Origin: Lingula anatina
Taxonomy: Eukaryota > Animalia > Brachiopoda
Assembly: GCA_051362555.1 (NCBI GenBank)
Contig: CM120644.1
Coordinates: 1,124,954-1,188,953 of the forward strand
Length of the DNA stretch: 64,000 nucleotides
Direction of reading: 5' to 3'
Both the position numbers and the translations under genes were made by a program. Below the pieces are notes generated by a model. It saw only the letters and a program-made list of their open reading frames with translations, did no database searches and had not been told where the DNA came from. Shown piece after piece: positions 54,222 through 64,000 of the stretch. Each line of letters opens with the position of its first letter. Position 1 is the first letter of the stretch.

Positions 54222-54521
54222 CGTTGCACAATAAAAATCTGACTCCCCTAAAAGAAGATTTCCCAGTCAAAATTTCATAACGAAATTTTCACCCCCCCCC
54301 CCCCCCCGCCCCAACATGAAATTTCAAAAATCATATATTATTTGAGTATATGACTTTTATCTTGTAGCACGCATAATGGAGGATACCTTGGCACTTTTTG
54401 TTAGTTGCAGGTTAGGGTTAGGGTTAGGATCAGCGCCCCTGGGAGTCAAGATTTCATGGAGGAGTCAGATTCGACTCCGGGAGTCAAATTTTCATGGGAG
54501 TCAGATATTCATGTTACACCG
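54222..54521. mobile_element. Unclassified TIR element with GGAGTCA subterminal repeats and a (GGTTAG)3 tract, in the LRR 3' UTR region
   Basis: Left end cgttgcacaataaaaatctgactcccc resembles the reverse complement of the right end gggagtcagatattcatgttacaccg; four ggagtca repeats at 54442-54503. Confidence 0.55.
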
Positions 54522-54662
54522 TGCAATAGAAGGAAATGATTACGTTGAGCATTCCCCCCCCCTCAGGGGTAATGGTACACTGACATGTTTCTGACACCAG
54601 AAAACGATATGAATATGTAAATTGAAAAACATATTCTTTGTTTTCATTGACGTCTTGTTGTT

Positions 54663-54817
54663 TTAATCATCAGAGCTGTCCCCTGGAACTGTTAAGTTCT
54701 TTGCGCTGGCGTTCTTCAGTTCCGGCAGACCGTCTAGTTTGAGGACAGTGGTCATCTTGACCCGCGTCCCGTCAAGGTTTAACAGGGCCAAGTGAGGCAG
54801 TCTCAGACATTTTAAAC
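54663..54817 (-). CDS. LRR gene terminal coding exon (GLKCLRLPHLALLNLDGTRVKMTTVLKLDGLPELKNASAKNLTVPGDSSDD*)
   Basis: Acceptor tattctag|GT; TAA stop at 54665-54663. Confidence 0.9.
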
Positions 54818-56794
54818 CTAGAATATAAAAGTTTCCCGTACAATCTGGCTGTTTTGGCAATTATCAGGAGAGAGAGAGAGCGATGGGGGTCAAAAGAGAG
54901 AGAGAGAGAGAGAGAAGGAGAGAGATATTCACAAATGAAGGTTCATTAGATAAAATATTGATTAACATTTTCACAATCAATGACCACACTGGTCACTCTG
55001 ATCCGCCTCCAATATTCTGACCAATAATTAAGTAACACAGCTGTCCATTACAATACTTGTATCAAGCTTTTTACTGATCTTTTCGCTGACAACTGACCAA
55101 GTTCATTGACTGATGGCCAGTTCTCAGCAGAAATCAGCAGTTATCCAATAGTTCACGGAGACTTACATGGTTTACAGTTCAAGACACTGATTCAATTCCC
55201 AGATTTTCAGTGTCTAATGACTATGACAAGATTACTGAGATTTCTGCAGCTGTTAGCGCAGTACCCAGACATGGGACACTGCAGTCTAGTTTTGATTTGC
55301 TTCAAGTATTTCAACATTTAATTATCATACAAAAATAGGTGTTCCACTAGTCGATAAACTGTTTATAAAAACCTCCAGTAATAACTCGATCTTTTCAATG
55401 GGGGAAAATTGTGAATTTTACAGATACTGTACTTCTTCGGTCATTATCTCTTTAAAATTTGAGCATTCCTTTTGAGCGGTAGCAACAAAATTGAAAAGCA
55501 TGCTACTCTATAGCTGTATTGAATGCAGTAAAAGCACCACAAATGCAATATAGAAATATATTTTTGTGATTATAAAATTATGTGTCTGAATGTTTGACAA
55601 ATTTTGCCAATTAAGAATTCTGAGTAATGACCATACCTCTATCAGACACTCTAGTTCTGCTCAGATTAAGTTTGGTCATTTGGAGACACCTGTTTAAAAT
55701 TCCTGCCACTAGAAAATCACTGGAGACTCTGAAATAGATTAAAACTTTTTGATTAATGAAAGAAATGTGTTTAAGTTATCAGTTTTTCAAAAATATTGTT
55801 TCAAAAATTTTATTGATAATAGGGGAAACAATGGTTCTAAAAAATTGAACTTTGTGATACAGTGGTTTACATGTTAACAATATAATATAATATCAAATTT
55901 TCAAAATGGCTGTCAGATTTAAAATGGTGCTCTATCCAAACTGTCCCCATTAAACATGACTTTTGGCACTACTCCAATCACACAATTCACTTTGCCAAAC
56001 TGGATCAGATTCAAATGCAGCAATTTAAACCTGTCCTACAATTCTATGAGCTCGAGGGTCAGATATAACTATAAAATGCAGCCAGGCTGAATTTTAAAAT
56101 ATCTACCTGGTTTCTGACAGACTTAATTCCTGAAGTCTTGAGAAGGCTGAAAAGATATTGCAACAAATATCAAATTCACATCTTGAAACAAGTTTATATT
56201 AGCACACACTTTATTCGAAATTAATACCTTTTTAATTGTGGTCTGTATATAATATTGCATTTCTTCACATACCTATGAATTTTTAATTGACATTTTTTTT
56301 ACTAGAATGACTTAAAAAGAGTATCATTCATATATTACAAAGATACAAAATACAGACAAAGGAAAAGCCAATGTGGGGATCTAAATAAACATCTTACAGA
56401 ACATCCGACCAAGATCTTATATTGTTTTCACCCAACTAAACTCCCTTCCCCTCCTCAATTTATTATGTATCACTGAGCTGGACCCACCTTTTATCACTGC
56501 AGCACCCTCATCTGATATTGCATTTTTGTCCAGATACAAAACTTCAAGGTTTGTTAATCCTAAAAAAACAAAACTCAAAAATTTAGTAAAAAAATAAACA
56601 TGACACAAAATTTCAGTATACCTTCTCTATAATTTCTAAAACTTTTGACATCAAGTTTTTAGATCCAACAAACTCCGACAAACTGAGCCACAAGGAACGC
56701 TTGCTCTTTTCTAATTCTACAGTAACATGCTCCACCACAATGATTTAACATAATATATTACACTTGTTTGAGTTAGAGATTTTCACAAACATAC

Positions 56795-56832
<38 letters not shown>

Positions 56833-59800
56833 GCAGTAATTCTTACTACAAAAGTGACCAGATTACAGTCCAATAGTAACCATACAGCTGAATATGAAAG
56901 GCTGTTACAAGGTTCCAGTCTCATTTTACAAAGCAAATTTTCGTGACTTAAGGACCCTCAAGTCAAGGACAATTTTGCACAATCATTTCACATTGATCAT
57001 AAAACACCGTCATTACTATCACCGACATATTACAAGACTCTGGAAGAAAAACACTGCCAGGTGTGCGCTAGTTATAACAAAGGCGTGTCCCCTTTGAACT
57101 AACTTTCTGATTGAGGAGTATTCAAGGCAGAAATTTAGGAAAGTGTTAAACCGTGTGGTGACTAAATGGCCAAGTTATCAGCCAGAAAATTGGCACCCCA
57201 AGCTGTTTTTTGATATAATACCAGCTCCTGATCAGGTTAATAACTCGGCTACATTTAAAGAACTTTCTTTCATGTACCATTTTTTTAACATCTTGGGAGT
57301 TGCTTTGTAGCTGCACAAAGGTGAGTTAATTTTGAGTTAGTTTATAACAATGGACAGAATCGTTTCTTTTCATCCTGACAGCTTTTGTTTTCTACTTTGA
57401 ATGCAAATCTACAAAAGCCTGGCACAAATAAGACCTCAAAGTAGAGGAAGGCAACAACTTTAATTAAATTAAATTCAATAGGAATTTGCTTGCATGGCCA
57501 GAGAAAACAGAAAAGCTGCTTAACGAGTGAAACAAACCCTAATTTTGAAAAAAAAAATCTGATTTTTTTGCACCAACTGGTGCTTTTTATCATATGCAAA
57601 CGTTAAACTGGACATAAAAGTTTCATATCTGGGATGAATGTACAAATGAACCCAGGAAAATAACTTAAATGCTTTTGTTTTTATGCCTAAAATTTGCACA
57701 CATTGTGTATTTGGCAAGTGCTTCCCCTCTAAAGTAGATTAGAAAAAACACCAATTAACCTTAAAACTTACTTGCTATGCTCCTTAAACATCATGTTTTA
57801 AAAGACTAAAAACTAAGAGAAATTTCATCTACTGACCATGTTTAACAGATAGTGAACACTTGTTAACCAATAACTCAACATTGTCTGGCCTAACATACAA
57901 ACCCACAGCTGATTGCTGTTTATTAAATAATTAACTGCACATCACATCAGCAATAATGTAATAATTCACAGAGACAGACAGACAGACAGGCAGACAGACA
58001 GACAGGCAGACAGACAGACAGACAAACAGACAGACAAACACAGAGTTATCAACAAGTTAATACACATCTTCATAGAACTTGAATTTGGCTAGAATTAACC
58101 CTAGGACACAGGAAATGCCAACCTCTGGACAGTAGTGGACATTGACATTATGGCATTCCAGGTTAGTTTGGACAATACTGACCCCCCAGTAACCAGAATG
58201 ACCCCTAAGAAAACAGTAACAGGTGGCAGTTCTCCTTATTACACAGTAGACTGGGTGGTCAAAATACTCACTGTTACCTGCTCTGTCTAAACTGGCACTA
58301 TGGTGAAGGGGGGAAGGGGTATTTTTTTTAATTAGTCATTTTTCTAAAAGTGCCAATTTTCTTTGAGGCAATTGAAGTTAACTTTAAAGAGTACTATTTC
58401 TTTTAGCCAAACATTTATAATGTATGTGATTGCTTAATTTAGCCAAACAATTATTATGTATGTGGTGCTTAATTAATTTTGTGTGCACAATTGCCGTTTT
58501 CAGCCTAGTGTATTAGTGGAAATTTCACGTCATTTTGTTTTTGTCTAATTTAAATTTGAGCAATCATTAGCTACTGGCGACTTGGCAGTTGATTTGCGTG
58601 TGCCCAAAATTTTCTACCAATCAAAGATTAAGTGCCACAGGAGACCTGGCACTATACTAAGAAACATCAAACATGACAGTTCTAGACAAGGATACTACCA
58701 CATGTATTATATGTCTGAAGGCTAAGACTGGGTTCCCATAACCCTATCATACTAGCAGCATCGATCTAACTCCCAGGGGATTCTCACTAAATTGCATTCA
58801 GTTTAAGCGGCTTTAATGTCTGTCACGTCCACTGAAGCTGCTAGTGGGTAATTAACTTTTGTGCATGCTAAAACTGATAGCAATATAGCAAGAATCCCCT
58901 TGGAGGTAGATTGATACTGCTAGTACAATAGGGTTATGGGAATAATTGGATCCTAACATACAAGTACCTTCTAAGAACATCATCCCCACATCTGTGATGT
59001 TGGTATTAGTCAATAGGAGGCGCCTCAAGCTGGAAGACACAAACAATTTTTGTCAGAAAAACAATTTATTTTAACTAATAAACCAACATGTCCTTCTGGC
59101 AAAAACATTACACACCAAAATGATTATCTAATGCCTTTTGATACAAAATTATTTCTATTTTCTATTTTCTGCATCCCTATAGCATTTTCTGTTGAAGTGA
59201 AATTTGATAAAGTGCATATATCAGTGATGTTTATTTGGCTTAGAATTCTTATTTTTCATGCTACCTCACAGTGATCAATACCCATCACCCCTCCCGCCCC
59301 TGCACGCATGCACATGCACATACACCCACACTTACACACACACTTACACACACACATGCACACAAACCTCAATCACTCCATATCACAATAATATCAGCAT
59401 ACCAGAGGTATGAAATCACACCCTAAGTTTTGACAAGAACGCTACTTTATGTTATTACAACCAATTGCTTCATTGACCACAAGGTCAACATTGAAAAAAG
59501 ATCAACACTGATGAAAGTCCTGTAGAAGGTCGTCTGGTCCAGTAGATACACTGCAGTATGAGATACAGGTAGAAAAACTCCTTATTTTGTTCATACTACA
59601 CAATCCTTTAACTAAGTCAGATAAAGATGAGCTTTACAAAACAACTTTATTGGTATAAAAATTATTCTGAAGTTTTTGACCAAACATTTCAATTTCATTT
59701 TAGGATTTTATATTTAAAAAAAATCCAAATAAATAAAAGCAAGCATCAGTCAAAAATATTCATAACTCATTAACCTTCTTTCTTTGAAAAAGAAAAAAAC

Positions 59801-62800
59801 TTTTAAACAAACTAGAATGGCCTTATCTTTGGTCAAAAAAAGATTTCTTAAAAAAATTCATCTCCAAGCTGAAACAAACTTTTGATACAATTTCCCATGT
59901 TTAACAGGCCCAAGAACAAGACCATGCCTCTACAGGTGTGAAAGTCCTTATCCACACACCTGTAATACAACACCACAAATTACCACAGTTCCTTCACTCA
60001 TTAGTAGCTGCCACAACAACACACACCAGTCAATTATAAAACCCCCTGAAGGCAGCTGACCTCTGGAGGTCAAAGGTCAACTTAAAGGTCAACCTCCATT
60101 GTGCCGCTGGCACACATGATGTCCAATAAAATAGAAAAATTAATGAAAAGGTTTGCAAATGTTCCCCGTATTACATTCTCTAACACCTGCAAATAAATAC
60201 ATAGTGGAGACCAAAGTTAGAATAGTTTTACATTCATATTATTCAGGAGAGTTAGCTAACCTGGATCTACACTGCACACAGGGGCGGAGGGCATGTTTTA
60301 AGAGGTGTTTTGACATCCACAATTAAGAGAAAAGACTGTGTGTTTGGGTGAAACCGTAATTGTTTATAAACGTGTTGTGATTGGTTAAAATAACAAACAG
60401 TTATGTAACCATTTCCTTGGTTTAGAATGTTGATTGATTGGTTTGGACAATAGCCACAACGCAACTGTTCCTTGGGACAGGCACTCTCATACAGGACACA
60501 TACATATTATACAGTAATGGGTGAAGGCAGGGGAGAGAAAGGGGGTCAACTCTACACAAGAACTAAACTGTCAGGGTTCCCCAGGGTTAAACATATGGAC
60601 CAATGGATCAATACATACTGATTAGTTATTGATTACCTTGTGATCTTCCCTATGCTTTCCAGTCCCCTGTCTTGGATGTAGATATAATTTGTAAGGTCCA
60701 TGGAAGTGAGTGGCATGGCTGAATATTGAAAGAGAGTTACATTTTTATGGTCTTCTATTTCTTGTTTGGCTTCTTTAACTGTTTTTTCATGCACAATAAG
60801 ATTGTTAAAATAAAAAAATAATAAAAAAAAAAACTTAGGCATAACAGTTTATCACAGAGAGATTAACGTATTAATTTCTAATTTATTGTTAAACTTAATG
60901 TTTGTTGTCAATTACACAGATAAAGAAGCTTAAAAAGAACATAACTTACAAAGACAGCTGAAACTGTTGGCTACACAGATACACCACAAAGAAACAAAGC
61001 TTTTAACTTCAATCACTACAAAATATCCAATAAATAGATAAATAAATAAATAAATAAATAAATAAACAATCACCTGCAACATGCAACATCCCTGCACCTG
61101 TTGTTGACAAACGGCTTGGAAAATTTAAACTTTGTAACCTAAGACCTGAAATGATGTAAAAAAAAAATAAAATAAAATTTACAATTTATCTTGACAGTTT
61201 TTAAATGCTACAATATGTACATTATGGCAAACCCACCCCTCTGTTAAATTAATACGACTATAACCCTAACATTATACATAGCCATTTACTTCACTATTTA
61301 GCACTAAATTAACTGGAAAATCATAGCAATAAGGAAATAAAATCTTATACAACACCTGCTTGACAACTAACATCTTTTTTTCTATATCTCAGCTCTTGCC
61401 CAAAAGCCAAATATAAATGTTACAGTTACTGTTTTAACAATGATGTTTACCCTTAGTGGTGACAGAAGTCTGTCTACATGTCAACAACATCTGTAAGTTT
61501 TAATCCAGTTGTTCAAAAAACGCTCTTTGACTGATTTCTGAAAGTAAGCTTGAGAAGTTGTCTTTACAATTCAGCAGTCAAAGCTAAAAAGCTTTAACTT
61601 TTTTTTTTTTTTTTTGGAGTACCCCAGTAATCTTTAATCTATTGTAACCTGGACATGGTCAGTGTTTTTGTGTCATTACAATGTGCTAGTCACAACCATC
61701 TCCAGAGAGAAAGTCACACCTAACACACTCTGGCTGATTCTGTGGAGTTCTTCATTGCAAACTAGTCACTCAATAGTAAACACACTGTATTCTTCTCAAC
61801 CAAATCAGTCTCAACTAGTGCAATCTGACACTAACTTCTTTTTTTGGTTTTCTTGCTTTTTGTCCATTATTATTATAATCATTATTATTATTATTATTAT
61901 AATAACTGACCTGCTATATACTGTAGAGCAGTATCTCCCTCTACATGCTCTGTCCTGGAGATATCCAGTCCACTGAGGTTATGTAACATGGACAACACCA
62001 GGAGAGAATCTGTCGCTATCCCTGTGGCTGCCACACTAAGACTGTCTATCTGTTGTAGACTCTGGAGACCTGAGAGACTATGGACCTGAAATGTAGGGCA
62101 CAGTGACATAGATACATATATTATGTGTTAGGTGCTCAGGCTGCAAGTTACTGACTGTATGAGAGATCAAAGTTTGCAAGTAGAATCATGAATGAGTTCA
62201 TACAAATTAATCAACTTAAGTGTATCTGCACCAACAAGATAATGATCCACTAGCACACTGTAATATGTAACACATTCTTTTTTCTCACATGTTCAAAATA
62301 AACAAAGCTTCATGACTTTAATATAACAATAACTATATCTTCACCTGTGTTTGGTCTAAATTCAGACTTCTTAGTTTTTGTAATTCTGAAAAATACAAGC
62401 AAAAACAAAATGCTTACTTAAATGAATTACTATCAGTAAAACAATGATCATATTTTATTACACAAAATAATATAATATTATAATCCACTACAGTTTTTAC
62501 TTGTTACAGTAGAAGATAAGACAATCACCCTTGAGCTTACTTTGTAAACTAGAGAATATTGCATGTGTCACAGCAGTTTTATTGAGATTGAGGTTGACAA
62601 GTTCTGCGGGTTCTGAGCTAGCGTAATCCTGCACGCCTTCATCTGTCACTTTAGTACCTTCCAGTATCAGTGTGACAAGCAGCGGAAACTCTGGAATGTA
62701 CAGAAATACTTTATAAACTGATGGACATTAGGCTATCAGAAATTTTAACAAAGGGGAAGGCCAATCTTTGTAAAAAATCTTGTTAATGGTTCTAAATGAT

Positions 62801-63238
62801 CTTTAAGTTTTCTAATGCCCCATACTGCATTCTTGTTGACAATGCATCCACTGCTTGAATAGCATAAATTCTCATCAGTAAACTAATTGCTGTAAGTTCA
62901 ATTATATCAAAGTACCAAGCAGCTAGCTTGTGGTAATCTTTTATGTCTGACATTGAACCATTACTACTTTCCCAAAACACCCATTGTTTTACTCATCCTT
63001 ACCTTTAATGACATCAAAACAGCCATTGGTTATCTCTTCCTTACCTTTAATGACATCAAAGCTCCCATTGGTTATCTCTTCCTTACCTTTAATGACATCA
63101 AAGCAGCCATTGGTTATCTGTCCACAGCAGCTGAGGTTGAGATATTTCAGTTTTCTCAGAGTGACCAGAGGCTGAAGTCCCTTGTCTGTGATCAGTGTAC
63201 AGGAACAGAGACTGAGGTGAACCACACTGGTGTGAAAT
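54663..63238 (-). CDS. Leucine-rich repeat protein (RNI-like/FBXL-type LRRs), C-terminal ~363 aa in 11 exons; 5' end beyond the right edge
   Basis: join(63238..63087,62690..62541,62385..62345,62085..61911,61145..61074,60718..60637,59029..58968,56559..56488,56146..56107,55728..55637,54817..54663). All introns are GT-AG, phases are consistent, and there is no internal stop. Repeated LxxLxLxxTx(V/I)(T/S)DxG motifs. Confidence 0.92.
55637..55728 (-). CDS. LRR gene exon (RVSSDFLVAGILNRCLQMTKLNLSRTRVSDR)
   Basis: Acceptor tatttcag|A, donor GAG|gtatgg; 92 nt, phase 2-1. Confidence 0.9.
56107..56146 (-). CDS. LRR gene small exon, 40 nt (AFSRLQELSLSET)
   Basis: Acceptor cttttcag|CC, donor CAG|gtagat; phase 1-2. 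Confidence 0.85.
56488..56559 (-). CDS. LRR gene exon (GLTNLEVLYLDKNAISDEGAAVIK)
   Basis: Acceptor tttttttag|GA, donor AAG|gtgggt; 72 nt, phase 1-1. Confidence 0.92.
57973..58040. repeat. (GACA)n microsatellite
   Basis: Seen directly. Confidence 0.95.
58402..58474. repeat. ~36-bp tandem duplication in an LRR gene intron
   Basis: tttagccaaaca(t/a)ttat(a/t)atgtatgtg...tgcttaatt twice. Confidence 0.85.
58726..58953. mobile_element. Palindromic MITE, family A copy, in an LRR gene intron
   Basis: taa flanks; ~70-bp inverted arms ttcccataaccctatcatactagcagcatcgatcta... / ...tagattgatactgctagtacaatagggttatgggaa. Confidence 0.82.
58968..59029 (-). CDS. LRR gene exon (SLRRLLLTNTNITDVGMMFLE)
   Basis: Acceptor tcttccag|C, donor AAG|gtactt; 62 nt, phase 2-1. 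Confidence 0.9.
60637..60718 (-). CDS. LRR gene exon (AMPLTSMDLTNYIYIQDRGLESIGKIT)
   Basis: Acceptor atattcag|CC, donor AAG|gtaatc; 82 nt, phase 1-2. Confidence 0.88.
61030..61066. repeat. (ATAA)n microsatellite just inside an LRR intron
   Basis: Seen directly. Confidence 0.93.
61074..61145 (-). CDS. LRR gene exon (GLRLQSLNFPSRLSTTGAGMLHVA)
   Basis: Acceptor catttcag|GT, donor CAG|gtgatt; 72 nt, phase 1-1 (one LRR per exon). Confidence 0.85.
61866..61900. repeat. (ATT)n microsatellite just inside an LRR intron
   Basis: Seen directly; explains the poly-Ile ORF 61662..61976. Confidence 0.93.
61911..62085 (-). CDS. LRR gene exon (VHSLSGLQSLQQIDSLSVAATGIATDSLLVLSMLHNLSGLDISRTEHVEGDTALQYIA)
   Basis: Acceptor catttcag|GTC, donor CAG|gtcagt; 175 nt; within ORF 61897..62109. 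Confidence 0.9.
62345..62385 (-). CDS. LRR gene small exon, 41 nt (KLQKLRSLNLDQTQ)
   Basis: Acceptor tttttcag|AA, donor CAG|gtgaag; bridges phase 1 to phase 0 and supplies the LxxLxxLxL core of an LRR. Confidence 0.85.
62541..62690 (-). CDS. LRR gene exon (EFPLLVTLILEGTKVTDEGVQDYASSEPAELVNLNLNKTAVTHAIFSSLQ)
   Basis: Acceptor cattccag|AG, donor A|gtaagc; 150 nt, phase 1-1; not in the ORF track. Confidence 0.9.
62996..63119. repeat. 42-bp tandem repeat x3 spanning an exon/intron donor junction
   Basis: Unit tccttacctttaatgacatcaaa(a/g)c(ag/tc)ccattggttatct(ct) at 62996, 63038 and 63080. Confidence 0.95.
63087..63238 (-). CDS. LRR gene exon (FHTSVVHLSLCSCTLITDKGLQPLVTLRKLKYLNLSCCGQITNGCFDVIK)
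   Basis: Acceptor ttgtccag|A, donor AAG|gtaagg; cysteine-containing LRR units. Alternative in-frame donors end the exon at 63045 or 63003. Confidence 0.88.
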
Positions 63239-63500
63239 CTGGACAAATTACAGTATTGGTCAACACATTAACAGCTACACATAAACTTGAATGAATGAAT
63301 GGATGAATGAACGAATGAATTGTGCCTTAATTCATCGTTTTCATTGTATTATCAACTTGCTGCATTAATAAGGTGTGGAATCTGGGCAAGTAACAGTATT
63401 GGACAACATATTAACAGCAACACAAATTTGAAAGAATCAGTGAATGATTTTTGCCTTAATTCATCATTTGACTAATGTATTATCAAGTTGCTGCATTGAT
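63229..63500. repeat. Diverged ~143-bp tandem duplication spanning an acceptor site
   Basis: ggtgtgaaatctggacaaattacagtattggtcaacacattaacagc...tgccttaattcatc...tgtattatcaacttgctgcatt (63229-63366) versus ggtgtggaatctgggcaagtaacagtattggacaacatattaacagc...tgccttaattcatc...tgtattatcaagttgctgcatt (63372-63497). Confidence 0.9.
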
Positions 63501-64000
63501 CAGATGATAATACAATGGTCAGATGATGAACAAAAGGCAAAAATTTTCCATTTCACATGCATGTCTATAAGCTTGTTCCACACCACCTTACTATTATGTA
63601 CTGTACGTCATTACATGAATTCTATAAACTTGAATAAACAACAAACAACTTTGACAGTCACCAAAAAGTTGATTTAGAAGTGACCTCTCTTTCTGTAAAA
63701 TTTAAAATAAATAACATCCAATTGCAAATAATAAGAAATTTGATTTATTAACTTAAAATCAGTTAATCTTCATATGAGTTATGCAATGTATGTATCAGCA
63801 ATGATGTATATGTGATGAAATACTGAATGACTGAAAAAAGCTGGACATTTTTTCTACACGTCCACTCGTAAGGAAATATATATTTCACTTAAAATTTGAA
63901 ATTGCTTGTGAAATTCTCAAAAAACTTAACATTCCCCCTTCTTAACATGCTCAAATAACTGCCATTCCCAAAATTACTTTGCACAGAATTACAACTGACA

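Noticed and set aside
54410-54428. Interstitial telomeric repeat as evidence of chromosome fusion
   Set aside because: Only three units, embedded in a TIR element.
62996-63119. Possible CRISPR-like array
   Set aside because: Units are contiguous with no unique spacers; eukaryotic context and no cas genes. The same applies to the 21-bp repeat at 47909-47981.
62953-63294. 113-aa plus-strand ORF with internal repeats
   Set aside because: Antisense shadow of the LRR exon and its 42-bp repeat.

Overview
AT-rich eukaryotic (animal, probably marine invertebrate; inferred from intron-rich genes, microsatellites and many short palindromic transposons) genomic DNA. Almost all of the six-frame ORF track is spurious. 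Two spliced genes lie on the minus strand. (1) The 3' part of a leucine-rich-repeat (RNI/FBXL-type LxxLxLxxTxVTD repeats) gene: 11 exons, 63238->54663, 1093 nt, all junction phases checked by hand, 5' end outside the window. (2) Downstream of it, the 5' end of a nicotinic acetylcholine receptor (Cys-loop) subunit gene: a signal-peptide exon at 20728-20668 and exon 2 at 16639-16494. I did not find its next exon, so the following intron is probably >16 kb. The rest is intronic or intergenic DNA containing a four-copy family of near-palindromic Harbinger-like MITEs (TAA target duplications on three), another TAA-flanked MITE, a ~2.1-kb CACTG-terminated element, an unexplained ~63-bp-arm hairpin and many microsatellites. 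The most unusual observation is the LRR exon at 63087-63238. Its donor site is triplicated in frame by a 42-bp tandem repeat, and its acceptor site is duplicated by a ~143-bp tandem repeat that would give a premature stop. I see no prokaryotic-type system, CRISPR array, rRNA or tRNA gene.
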